DNA of 64,000 nucleotides, from positions 32,001 to 96,000 of the IMG/VR virus record IMGVR_UViG_3300024348_000005, one strand, 5' to 3'. The number at the start of each line of letters is the position of its first letter. The first letter of the stretch is position 1. The translations under genes were made by a program, and so were the position numbers. Source of the DNA: a virus. This document shows, in pieces, positions 32,564 to 42,029 of this stretch. The notes under the pieces are model-generated. The model was not told the DNA's origin, did not search any database, and saw only the letters and a program-made list of their open reading frames with translations.

Positions 32564-33268
32564 ATGACACCTAAAGATTTAAAAGATTTCGAATCATACT
32601 CAAAGAGTATGGGTATTAGTTCAATGACCTTGGATTACTATAAACAAAGACAAAACCATTTTGAAGGGGTTAAAAGTAGTTTGACTCCGTATATCTTAGA
32701 AGAGAGGACTATGAATGTCACGGTTATGGACGTTTTCTCAAGATTAATGATGGAGAGAATCCTTTGGGTTGCGGGAGAGGTCAATGACAATATGTCTACG
32801 ATTGTTCAGGCACAATTAAAGTTTTTAGAAAGTATCGATAATAATGTAATCACTATGCATATCGATAGTCCTGGTGGGTCAGTTAAATCAGGACTTTCAA
32901 TGGTAAATGTTATGAAAGTGGTTAAACCTAAGATTAAGACCGTTAATACGGGAATGGCCGCGTCAATGGGTTCTGTCCTATTGGGTGCCGGTTCAAAGGG
33001 TATGAGAGCCGCGTTAGAGGACTCTGAAACCATGTTACACCAATCTTCTGGTGGAGCAGTTGGTAACATCCAAGATGCTGAAATTACCATGAAACAATGG
33101 AGAAAAGTAAATGAAAGACTATTCTTCCTATTGGGTAAATTCTGTAATAAACCTTCAGAACAAGTCATGGCAGATGCATCAAGGGACTTGTGGTTATCTG
33201 CGGATGAGGCCAAGGATTATGGTATTATTGATGAGGTCATTTATATGGACCTATCAGAATACGAATAG
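32564..33268 (+). CDS. clpP: ClpP protease proteolytic subunit
   Basis: LTPYILEER, MDVFSRLMMERI, IDSPGGSV and catalytic triad ASMG / MLHQ / RDLW. Confidence 0.92.
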   Translation: MTPKDLKDFESYSKSMGISSMTLDYYKQRQNHFEGVKSSLTPYILEERTMNVTVMDVFSRLMMERILWVAGEVNDNMSTIVQAQLKFLESIDNNVITMHIDSPGGSVKSGLSMVNVMKVVKPKIKTVNTGMAASMGSVLLGAGSKGMRAALEDSETMLHQSSGGAVGNIQDAEITMKQWRKVNERLFFLLGKFCNKPSEQVMADASRDLWLSADEAKDYGIIDEVIYMDLSEYE

Positions 33269-33310
33269 TCTAAAATAGGTTTTCTTCATATTTATAATAA
33301 AACATATAAT

Positions 33311-33646
33311 ATGAAGATTGATAAAACAAATATCCTATTAGTTTTGATTGTTTGTTTAGCTGCTTATTCCATATTTCAAAATCAAGGTATAAAAACCGAA
33401 GTTAAGGAATATAATGCTAAAATTGAATCCCTACAAAAGGAGATAGATTCGGTTTATACTGCAAATAAAGAAATAGACAATCAAATCGAAAAAGTTGATA
33501 ATCACATTGTTAATGTTGATAGAGATATCGACAACGTAACAAAAAACATAACTATTATTAAAAACAACACAGATGAAAAAGTTAATTCTATTACCACTAT
33601 TGGTAATGTTGAGCTTGAGCAGTTATTCGCAAACAGATACAACTAA
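33311..33646 (+). CDS. Membrane-anchored coiled-coil protein (inner-spanin-like)
   Basis: N-terminal TM helix plus heptad repeats; overlaps the next gene by 74 bp. Confidence 0.45.
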   Translation: MKIDKTNILLVLIVCLAAYSIFQNQGIKTEVKEYNAKIESLQKEIDSVYTANKEIDNQIEKVDNHIVNVDRDIDNVTKNITIIKNNTDEKVNSITTIGNVELEQLFANRYN

Positions 33647-33998
33647 AGTTATAGTATTGGATACTACTAAAGTTATCCTACCAACAAAAGTTGCTAGATT
33701 GGCTTTTCAAGATTTACTTCGTTATGACGGAGCAAAATTGGAAATTGTTGAATTAAATAATGTTATCGTTTTAAAGGATCAACAAATTAATTTATTTAAA
33801 CAAAAAGACACACTAAAGGATTTAAAAATTTCTAATTTAGAGGTGATTATCAATAAGAAAGATGAACAATTTGGATTAGAAAGACAAAAATCCGAAAGTC
33901 TATTAAAAGAATTAAGAGGACAAAGAAGAAAAACTTTTTTATATAAGATTGGTTCTTTTGCGGGAATAATTGTGACATCCTTATATCTTCTTAAGTAA
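33573..33998 (+). CDS. Exported coiled-coil protein with C-terminal hydrophobic anchor
   Basis: Signal peptide MKKLILLPLLVMLSLSSYS/Q, coiled coil and hydrophobic C-terminus. Confidence 0.5.
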   Translation: MKKLILLPLLVMLSLSSYSQTDTTKVIVLDTTKVILPTKVARLAFQDLLRYDGAKLEIVELNNVIVLKDQQINLFKQKDTLKDLKISNLEVIINKKDEQFGLERQKSESLLKELRGQRRKTFLYKIGSFAGIIVTSLYLLK

Positions 33999-34634
33999 AT
34001 GAAAAAACATTTAAATGTAAAGAACTTAACGATTGTTACTTTAATAATTTTATTGTTATTATCTTTTTTAAATCCGGGAGGACATTTACCTAATAGGACA
34101 ACCATAAAGGTTGATTCAATACCATATGCAGTTCATGATACCATTTCAATTGATAGTTTAGTAGAGGTGGAGGTAGAGATTGAAGTTCCTGTAGAGGTTG
34201 AAAAAAGGGTTGAGATTCAAGTATTAACTCCTGTCGACACTAGTGAAATATTGAAAGTCTATTTCGCTAAAATCCAATACAAAGAAGTTTTAACCTTACC
34301 AGATAATTTGGGCACCGTTACCATTATGGATACCATCTCAAAAAATAGTATCGTTAATAGAAAATTCATTAGTGATATAAAACAAATGATTGTTAAAGAT
34401 ACCATATATACCAAAGAACCTAAAAAGGGACAATTATTTTTTGGTCTTAACGGAGGATTCAATAAAATTAATGTAGTATCACATATTGGAACTGGTTTAA
34501 TGTATAAAACTAAAGAGGATAAAATATTTCATGTCGGGTTAGGTGTTGCTAATAGAGTGTTTGATGGAACAAATGGTGAATTTACACCATATGTTGATGG
34601 TGGAGTTTATTGGAAAATTAGATTAAAGAAATAA
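33999..34634 (+). CDS. Membrane-anchored protein with C-terminal amphipathic beta strands
   Basis: N-terminal TM helix, VEVE/DT repeats and Gly/aromatic strands ending GGVYWKIRLKK. Confidence 0.45.
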   Translation: MKKHLNVKNLTIVTLIILLLLSFLNPGGHLPNRTTIKVDSIPYAVHDTISIDSLVEVEVEIEVPVEVEKRVEIQVLTPVDTSEILKVYFAKIQYKEVLTLPDNLGTVTIMDTISKNSIVNRKFISDIKQMIVKDTIYTKEPKKGQLFFGLNGGFNKINVVSHIGTGLMYKTKEDKIFHVGLGVANRVFDGTNGEFTPYVDGGVYWKIRLKK

Positions 34635-34641
34635 TTAATAC

Positions 34642-35082
34642 GTGATGAAAACGTTTATCTTATTTATTTTTGGGGTCTTTGAAGACCAAGAAGATATTGA
34701 ATATTTTTGCTTGGATATATTTGGTTCATCAGACAAAATATCAAAAGTTAGATACGTAATTGAAAAGTCACAAAATATAATCATTATATTTGATTCAGAC
34801 TCCGATTATAAATCACTATCAGAAGAGGTATATAATTTATCGTTTAATGACAGTGTCAAGTTCTATTTTTTAGTAGAAAGAGACTCATTGGTAAGTGCTC
34901 ACGTCCCACAAGCGGTTAAGGATTTTATTTTCAAACCACAAACTACCGATATGTTCATGAAAATTGAATATGAGAAATCCAGTCCCTCTATGGATTTGGA
35001 TGAGTTATTAGAAAAAATTGAGAAAATGGGTGTGGATAGTTTAACCCCCGAAGAAAAAAACTTTCTTGATAATTTTGAATAG
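34642..35082 (+). CDS. Hypothetical protein with DUF6576-like C-terminus
   Basis: LDELLEKIEKMGVDSLTPEEKNFL motif. Confidence 0.5.
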   Translation: MMKTFILFIFGVFEDQEDIEYFCLDIFGSSDKISKVRYVIEKSQNIIIIFDSDSDYKSLSEEVYNLSFNDSVKFYFLVERDSLVSAHVPQAVKDFIFKPQTTDMFMKIEYEKSSPSMDLDELLEKIEKMGVDSLTPEEKNFLDNFE

Positions 35083-35135
35083 TAATTTTTTTTCTTTATC
35101 TTATATATAAACTCAATACACTTAAACCCGACCCT

Positions 35136-35945
35136 ATGAAAAAATCCATTATCACCAACACCGAGGAAATCCAACAGTACATCAAAGACATTCGTAAGAT
35201 ACCCGTCGTTTCACATGAAAGACAGGAAGAAATTTTTATATTATTAAATAACAAGAATATTGATAAGAAATTAAAAAAAGAACTGTTTGATGAGTTGGTG
35301 GTTGGTAATTTACGATTTGTAATATCGGTTGCAAAAATGTATCAAGGTCAGGGATTAGATATAATGGATTTAATATCGGAAGGTAATATTGGTTTAATGA
35401 AAGCGGCGGAAAGATTTGACCCAACAAGTGGGTTAAAGTTTATTTCATATGCTGTTTGGTGGGTAAAACAATCCATGATGGCATCAATGAATGAAAATGC
35501 AAGAACCATTCGTATTCCATCTAATTTAGTACAAGAGTCACAAAAACAAAAAAAGAGGGAAGTACACGACGAAGACAACTATTATATTAATAATTCGGAC
35601 GAACCTACAAGTTCTAATTTACCATATTGTGTTGGTTTATACAAAGAAATAAACGAAGAGGGTGATCAATTAATCGATTTAATACCAAACAAAGAGGCAC
35701 AAAGTCCGGATGAAATTTTAAATACTCCCGAGGAAATAAAGAAAAAGGTAAACATGATGTTAAGTGTTTTAGATGAAAGGGAGAAAGTTATCATTGAAAA
35801 ATACTACGGTTTAACGGGTATTGAATGTAATTTAGATGATTTAGGTGAAGAGTTTGGATGTACAAAAGAACGTATTAGACAGTTACGTGATAAGGCCATT
35901 AAGAAGCTTAGAAATGAGAGTTTTGGTCTATTAAACTATTTATAA
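35136..35945 (+). CDS. rpoD: Sigma-70 family factor, Bacteroidota SigA/RpoD-like
   Basis: NLRFVISVAKMY, DLISEGNIGLMKAAERFD, FISYAVWW and region 4 TKERIRQ; lacks region 1.1. Confidence 0.88.
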   Translation: MKKSIITNTEEIQQYIKDIRKIPVVSHERQEEIFILLNNKNIDKKLKKELFDELVVGNLRFVISVAKMYQGQGLDIMDLISEGNIGLMKAAERFDPTSGLKFISYAVWWVKQSMMASMNENARTIRIPSNLVQESQKQKKREVHDEDNYYINNSDEPTSSNLPYCVGLYKEINEEGDQLIDLIPNKEAQSPDEILNTPEEIKKKVNMMLSVLDEREKVIIEKYYGLTGIECNLDDLGEEFGCTKERIRQLRDKAIKKLRNESFGLLNYL

Positions 35946-35957
35946 AAATATAACATT

Positions 35958-36251
35958 ATGAAAAAGTTAATTGAATTAATAAAAACATATAAACTACAGA
36001 TACTGATTTTTTTAACAATCATATTCTTTTTTCGCTCTTGTAGTAATTCAAGTAAAGTGAGTAAATTAGAAAAAATTCAAAAACAAAATGTATCTATGAT
36101 TGATAGTCTTAAAATCACACATAAAAACGAAAAAATAGCAATTCACGGTTTTTATGATAATTGGATTACACAAAAAGATAGAGGACCACAGTTAATGGAA
36201 CTACATTTTATTGTTAAAGAAAACTTAAAAAAAGAACAAGAATCTAAATGA
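35958..36251 (+). CDS. Small membrane or lipoprotein-like protein
   Basis: Hydrophobic helix ending FFRSCSNSS. Confidence 0.5.
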   Translation: MKKLIELIKTYKLQILIFLTIIFFFRSCSNSSKVSKLEKIQKQNVSMIDSLKITHKNEKIAIHGFYDNWITQKDRGPQLMELHFIVKENLKKEQESK

Positions 36252-37621
36252 AACATTGGTTAAATCAAAATTTTAAAGCATTAATCATTGCGGCATTTTT
36301 GATTCCAATCATTACTGTTGCTATTGTTTCTATTTCACACGTAACAAAATGGTATGGCATATCAAATCCAGTAAGTTGGGCAGTTTATTTATCAATTGGA
36401 ATTGAAATTGCCGCATTATCAGCGTTGGCTGCCATTTCGGCAAACATGGGTAAAAAAGTTTATTTTCCATTTGCCGTTGTAACGTTAATACAGTTTATAG
36501 GTAATATATTTTTTGCATACACATATATTGATATCAACGGACAGTCTTTTAGAGATTGGGTTGATTTAGTGGCACCATTAACAGAATTAATGGGAGTAGA
36601 CCCAACTGACTTAGTGGGTAATAAAAGATTCTTAGCATTTTTTGCTGGTGGTATGTTACCAATCATTTCATTATCCTTTCTTCATATGTTAGTAAAATTT
36701 ACAGAAGAAGATAGACTAAAAGAAAACCAAACACCAATTAAAGAATTAGAATCTAATCCCGAAGATTTAAAAGATTTTGTTGATGAAACCACAAGAATAC
36801 GTTTAAGTGAATCAGATTTAAAAATATTAGAGGAGGCTCTATTAAACCCACCAGAACCAAATGAGAATTTAGTAATAGCTGCGGAAAAATATAAGGAAGA
36901 TTCTGAACTTAAAGAAAAAAATGACAAAAGATTACAGGAAATACTTGAGGAATTAGAGGAAAAGGAAAGAATTGAAAAAGAAAAACAAGACATTTTAGAT
37001 AATACCATAGATTTATTTAATACTGAAAATGAAAAAGTAATAACCGATTTCGTTGATAACGTAATTAATAATAATAGTGAACTTAAGAATGGTAAGTGGA
37101 TTGATGAAGAATATAAAAGACGAGGAGAGTTATTAGCTGAGATTATTAAGAACGACGAAGAGTTGGGTTTATATAACGAACCATTTGATAATCCAATGAT
37201 TAAAGAAGATTTGGATGATGAAGTATCTGATTGGGATGTAACATTGATGGACGGTTTAGAAGATGAAGAACCTTTCTTTACTGAAGAAGAAACTGAGAAT
37301 ATTTTCCAAGAAGAACCAACAGAAGAAGAAATTAAGGAAAATTTTTCCACTATAGAACCTGAAACTGAGAATATTTTCCAAGATAACAACGAGATACCTT
37401 TTAGTAATGAATTTTTAACAGAGGCAATACAAGAGTTTAATCAAGAATCAATTCAAGAAGAAATTAACGAATCGATTCCTGAAACTATAACATTACCATT
37501 CGAACCCATTCCATTACCGATTGAACTAATTGTTGAGGAGATAATACCCGACACGGAAAATATAATTGAGCAACCAACATTAGGTCAAACAGAAGATTTG
37601 ACGGACGAAAAAAAAAACTAG
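36248..37621 (+). CDS. Four-helix membrane protein with long acidic tail; possible -1 frameshift extension to 37887
   Basis: N-terminal TM helices (SISHV, IGIE) and Glu-rich tail; ends GAA AAA AAA AAC TAG. Confidence 0.6.
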   Translation: MKHWLNQNFKALIIAAFLIPIITVAIVSISHVTKWYGISNPVSWAVYLSIGIEIAALSALAAISANMGKKVYFPFAVVTLIQFIGNIFFAYTYIDINGQSFRDWVDLVAPLTELMGVDPTDLVGNKRFLAFFAGGMLPIISLSFLHMLVKFTEEDRLKENQTPIKELESNPEDLKDFVDETTRIRLSESDLKILEEALLNPPEPNENLVIAAEKYKEDSELKEKNDKRLQEILEELEEKERIEKEKQDILDNTIDLFNTENEKVITDFVDNVINNNSELKNGKWIDEEYKRRGELLAEIIKNDEELGLYNEPFDNPMIKEDLDDEVSDWDVTLMDGLEDEEPFFTEEETENIFQEEPTEEEIKENFSTIEPETENIFQDNNEIPFSNEFLTEAIQEFNQESIQEEINESIPETITLPFEPIPLPIELIVEEIIPDTENIIEQPTLGQTEDLTDEKKN

Positions 37622-37855
37622 TAGAAGATTTAGAACTCCCTCAGGACACATCAAACTTACAAGACTATAAAGAACCACAAATAATTAAGATTAATTTTGG
37701 TGAAAATGTTGACTTATATTGGGAAAGCGATGATAGTAACCCAAATCAAATTATCTATGATTTAGAAAATAATAAAACAATAATTCCTCAATCTGAGGAA
37801 GACGTGGTAATGGACCAAACTCCAATCCCTAATGGTCCAAAAATAATATCAAGAA

Positions 37856-38470
37856 ATGTTAGTTCACGACGTAGAAATATTAGATAATCTAAACATTGTA
37901 AAACGAAAATCTAAAAAAACACAAATTATTCTTTACGACACGCAAAGAAGGATTGACGATTTTATTAATAAGATAAGGTATCGTAAAAATGGTGGATATG
38001 AAGATGTCCCCCATTTTGTTGTTTCTAAATTAGGGGTGGTCTATAGGTTATTCGACTCAAACCATAGTTCTAAAACATTTTACAACCCACAAATAGACAA
38101 GAAACAGATTAAAATTGCAATTGAGAACTTAGGGTGGTTAAACAAAAATACCATCACTGGTGTCCTTAATAATTGGATTGGCGACCCATACAGGTCCGAG
38201 CCACACATTCGTAATTGGAGAAACCATTACTTTTGGGACAAATACGAAGATTCCCAAATGGAAACGTTATCTCAGTTATGTGAAGATTTATGTGAAAAAC
38301 ATGGAATTTTTAAACAAGTGGTCCCATCTCAGGGATATTTGGAGAATGTATCTAATTTTAAAGGAATTGTATGTAAATCCAACTTCTCTAATATTTATAC
38401 AGATATAAACCCTTCGTTTAATTTTAGAATATTTTTCAACAATGCAAAACAAACAGATGTCAGGATATGA
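37856..38470 (+). CDS. Amidase_2 (T7 lysozyme/PGRP-fold) protein with degenerate Zn site
   Basis: QIILYDT, PHFVVSKLG, IAIEN, QMETLSQLCEDL and TDINP align with the N-acetylmuramoyl-L-alanine amidase layout. Confidence 0.65.
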   Translation: MLVHDVEILDNLNIVKRKSKKTQIILYDTQRRIDDFINKIRYRKNGGYEDVPHFVVSKLGVVYRLFDSNHSSKTFYNPQIDKKQIKIAIENLGWLNKNTITGVLNNWIGDPYRSEPHIRNWRNHYFWDKYEDSQMETLSQLCEDLCEKHGIFKQVVPSQGYLENVSNFKGIVCKSNFSNIYTDINPSFNFRIFFNNAKQTDVRI

Positions 38471-38960
38471 CGATACTAAAAAAATGTTAAATACATTAAG
38501 GAAACTTAATGAAAATAGAGCATTTTCAAACAATATCCTTAGAGAAGAAATAGAAACTCAACAACCACAAAATCAAGAACCACAAGAAAAGGATTTTACC
38601 GTTATTAATGACGTTGAAGTTAAATTACTTTCTAGTGATCCTGCCGATATGAATTTATTGGATGATCAAAAAACAGCAATTTCAACTTTAATTGATAATT
38701 TCAGACAACAAGTTGACCAAATTGCTGAGTTTAAACCGGGTATGTCAATTAATTCAGACCAAGTTAGATTGGATGGTACTTTAACAAATGAAGATATTAG
38801 TTTTGTTTTCATTGCAGGTAAAGAATCTGGGGTTTATATTAATGCCGACATGTTAAAATTAGAACAAAACACCGCAACTGCATTGGAAAAATTGGTAAAA
38901 TTCCAAAGCACCTTCGAAACAAGTATGGAACCATTACTAACACAAAGAGATAATAACTAA
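38442..38960 (+). CDS. Hypothetical acidic protein (head-internal type)
   Basis: KMLNTLRKLNE and ILREE motifs; start may be the second Met (38457). Confidence 0.45.
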   Translation: MQNKQMSGYDDTKKMLNTLRKLNENRAFSNNILREEIETQQPQNQEPQEKDFTVINDVEVKLLSSDPADMNLLDDQKTAISTLIDNFRQQVDQIAEFKPGMSINSDQVRLDGTLTNEDISFVFIAGKESGVYINADMLKLEQNTATALEKLVKFQSTFETSMEPLLTQRDNN

Positions 38961-38962
38961 TA

Positions 38963-39202
38963 ATGGCACTTACATCACAAGATAAAAAAGAAATTGAGAA
39001 TATAACCAAGAAGGAGATTAGGGACTTCATGAATTCAAGTAATGCAACTAAAATTGTTGTTAAAATGATTCAAGATGAGTTAGGTACTAAAAAGATTGAC
39101 GATAAGATAGTTGATTTATCAACCAAGGTGGTTGTTGAATTATTCAAAACATTATGGCAGAGAAAATCATTTTGGGAAACAGCTTTAAAATCTGTTAAAT
39201 AA
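38963..39202 (+). CDS. Hypothetical protein
   Basis: 79 aa, tightly coupled within the operon. Confidence 0.55.
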   Translation: MALTSQDKKEIENITKKEIRDFMNSSNATKIVVKMIQDELGTKKIDDKIVDLSTKVVVELFKTLWQRKSFWETALKSVK

Positions 39203-40104
39203 TGGAAAAACGTAATAGACCAGATTTAGAAAATGAGATGGATGAACTACAAAGAGTGGTTCAGGACTTAAGTCGTGATGAGGATATAAATGTATCTGTC
39301 GATGATTTAGTTAACTCATTTAAAAAATCTAAAGAGGTTACGTTAACAGATGAGATATGGGGTAATTTAGAAAATACCGAGTCAAACGAGATAGAAAAGG
39401 GTGATATGGATTCGGTTATGAATATTGCTAAGACGTATAAGAAAACTAACCCTAAAAAATTAAGTCAATCAATTAAATCGGGTGATTATAAAAGACCCTT
39501 AATTTTAAAGTTTGGAGATAGATACCATTTAGTTGCTGGAAATACAAGATTATGTACTGCAGCTGCAATGGGGGTGAATCCAAAAGTGTTTATTGGGTCG
39601 ATTGATGGTATTAATAAAACCGAAACTAAAGAATCTACGGACGCAGGATCTTCAGGTTCGTTTTCAGGACCCGCATTTGGTGAAAATATTACCAAGAGAG
39701 AAATTTATAAAATACATAACGCTAAATTACACGAAGAAGTTGAAATGGGTGAAGCAACTGACGCATCATCTTCAGGTAGTTACGATGTCCCCTTATTTGG
39801 TAAAACACCTAAAGGAAATAGAAATCCATTAAAGATTGATGGTCCAAATAGTATATACAAGGGACGAGCGGTTAAAGATAAGAAGTTTCCAAAATACGGT
39901 GGTCCAAACGGAATCTACGTTAAGGTTAAGGAAAAATGTAAAAAGTTCCCATATTGTAACCAAGGTAACACCGGAGCACTTGAATTCATTAAAGAAGATA
40001 ATGAAATTAACGAAGCAATAAACGAAATATCAAAAAAATACGGAATACCACGTAACGAAGTGGAAAAAATTGTATTAAATGATATAAACCAGATATTTAT
40101 TTAA
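39202..40104 (+). CDS. ParB/Srx-like domain fused to E(S/A)TDAxSSGS-repeat protein
   Basis: RPLILKFGDRYHLVAGNTRL ParB motif and two E(S/A)TDA(G/S)SSGS...FG repeats. Confidence 0.55.
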   Translation: MEKRNRPDLENEMDELQRVVQDLSRDEDINVSVDDLVNSFKKSKEVTLTDEIWGNLENTESNEIEKGDMDSVMNIAKTYKKTNPKKLSQSIKSGDYKRPLILKFGDRYHLVAGNTRLCTAAAMGVNPKVFIGSIDGINKTETKESTDAGSSGSFSGPAFGENITKREIYKIHNAKLHEEVEMGEATDASSSGSYDVPLFGKTPKGNRNPLKIDGPNSIYKGRAVKDKKFPKYGGPNGIYVKVKEKCKKFPYCNQGNTGALEFIKEDNEINEAINEISKKYGIPRNEVEKIVLNDINQIFI

Positions 40105-40105
40105 C

Positions 40106-41488
40106 ATGAAAGTATCAGAACTAAAAAATTTAATAGAAAGTATAATCTCAAAAGAGGTTAGAAATAAGATAATCAACGAATCTAAGGAAGTATATCACAT
40201 TAAATGTGAGGGAGTACCTTTAGGTACCTTTGATACCGAAGAAGAGGCTAACGAGGCTTTACCTTCATATAAAGAGAAACACGATGGTGAACTTATAGTT
40301 GAGAAGGGTCAATACGATTCTCATGAATCAATGATTGATAAATTAGATGAGATGAACGACGAATTAGAAGAAACAGACAATATGGAAAATCAAAAACCAA
40401 TCGACAAAAAATTAGGTGGAGATTCTGAAATGAAAGAAAACATTCAAGGTCAACCAGGAATGTACGATAATTACGATGAAACTATGGATGAAGTAAAAAA
40501 TAAAGTACATAAATGGAGGATCAACGGTAAAATTAGTGAAGAAGAACATTATGAAATGATGTTTAGAATTGACAGTGAAGATTTAGACTGGCCAAATAGT
40601 ATAGGGGTAGATGAAACTACACAAATCCTTATAGGATTAGCAAAAGAATGTGCACCTCATTTACTTAAAAAGAAGAAAAAACAAGATATGGAAAATCAAG
40701 AACCAATCGACGAGAAATTAGTTGGTAAACAAAAAAATATTGATAAAAACGATAATGGTAAAATTGATGCCGAAGACTTCAAAATCTTAAATAAAGAAGA
40801 AGAGTGTGAAGAATGTGGAGATTCTGAAATGAAAGAAGGTACATGTGAGAAATGTGGTAAAGAATTATGTGAATGTGGTTCTAAGATGTACGAATCTAAA
40901 AAGAAAACAATTCGTTTAAAAGAATCTGAATTAATTAAATTAATTAATAAAATGGTTACTGAATCAATTCCTGGTTTAGATTCTGTTAAAAGTGCACACA
41001 ATGGAGATAAAGAAACTAAACAACATTTATCTGATGTTGAAAATAAAATGAAAGATTTGGCTGAATTTGATGGTAATGATAACCCTGAATTTCCAAAGTC
41101 TATTGGTAAGGGTGAAAAGGTTGCAAGAAAAAATAGTGAAGAAGAAAATGAATTTGTTGAAGATACAAGAGGTGGAACACCTTTAAACTTAGATTACGAT
41201 AGTGAACCATCAAAACAATTTAAAGACAGACTTAAAAAGGCTTTAGAGGGTGACGCAACTACCGGCAATTCACAAGAATATGCTAATGTTATTAAAAGTG
41301 ATTTAGGTAAAAATTTAGCGAAACAAGCTGAAAGAAAAGAGAAAAAAGAAGACAAACAACCAATGTATAATAAAGACGCTCAACCAACAAAGAGTGTTAA
41401 TGAGTCTACGTTTAAAATGTCAGAAGTTCTTGAAGAGGAAATTAAGAAAATGAAAGATATAGTTAATTACAATAAAAAAACTCAGTAA
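40106..41488 (+). CDS. Acidic head-internal/scaffold-type protein with EF-hand-like loop and Cys knuckles
   Basis: IDKNDNGKIDAEDF, CEECG, CEKCGKELCECG and many xxE(S/E) sites. Confidence 0.5.
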   Translation: MKVSELKNLIESIISKEVRNKIINESKEVYHIKCEGVPLGTFDTEEEANEALPSYKEKHDGELIVEKGQYDSHESMIDKLDEMNDELEETDNMENQKPIDKKLGGDSEMKENIQGQPGMYDNYDETMDEVKNKVHKWRINGKISEEEHYEMMFRIDSEDLDWPNSIGVDETTQILIGLAKECAPHLLKKKKKQDMENQEPIDEKLVGKQKNIDKNDNGKIDAEDFKILNKEEECEECGDSEMKEGTCEKCGKELCECGSKMYESKKKTIRLKESELIKLINKMVTESIPGLDSVKSAHNGDKETKQHLSDVENKMKDLAEFDGNDNPEFPKSIGKGEKVARKNSEEENEFVEDTRGGTPLNLDYDSEPSKQFKDRLKKALEGDATTGNSQEYANVIKSDLGKNLAKQAERKEKKEDKQPMYNKDAQPTKSVNESTFKMSEVLEEEIKKMKDIVNYNKKTQ

Positions 41489-41535
41489 TTCTTCTTTTTC
41501 AATTCTTTTATCCTTATATTATAAACAGAAGGATT

Positions 41536-41991
41536 ATGGAAAAAAGAGAAAGTTATTTACAACTTATACATTCTGATAGTTATAAACACCAAATAGATAT
41601 TTGGTACAAAGCACACAATATAAGTCGTGAGAAGACAGAACTCTTCTACGACTTTCTCATTTCACTACATGAGTTAATTGAAAAAACATTTTTGGGTGAA
41701 GATGTTATAAAAACCGAACAAATACAGAGAAGTCATTTCACTTGGTGCTGGGACAAAACAATTAAAAATTTTAACAAAGAAAAAATCTTTTTCAAAGAAA
41801 GGGGGAACCATTACGAATACTTTTGGAACTTCTTCTTGGAGGCATATTATTACATGCAATTAGATGGTAATCAAGTTAAAATATATGAATATTTTTATAA
41901 GTTATTCGATTTTGAACACAAGAAATCAAGATCTGAATTAGATATAGTAACCGAAATATATAAATTATTAGATCTAAACTTTAAAAAGTAG
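41536..41991 (+). CDS. Hypothetical protein
   Basis: 151 aa aromatic-rich ORF preceded by a promoter-like tract. Confidence 0.55.
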   Translation: MEKRESYLQLIHSDSYKHQIDIWYKAHNISREKTELFYDFLISLHELIEKTFLGEDVIKTEQIQRSHFTWCWDKTIKNFNKEKIFFKERGNHYEYFWNFFLEAYYYMQLDGNQVKIYEYFYKLFDFEHKKSRSELDIVTEIYKLLDLNFKK

Positions 41992-42029
41992 ATTTTTTTC
42001 CGTATATTCATATTAAAAACCGAAATAAT

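Noticed and set aside
36682-37389. 235-aa Ser-rich minus-strand ORF
   Set aside because: Antisense shadow of the GAA-rich acidic tail.
37619-37633. TAG read-through or stop-codon reassignment
   Set aside because: The zero frame continues TAG TAG AAG ATT TAG, and conserved genes elsewhere are intact under the standard code with TAG as a normal stop.
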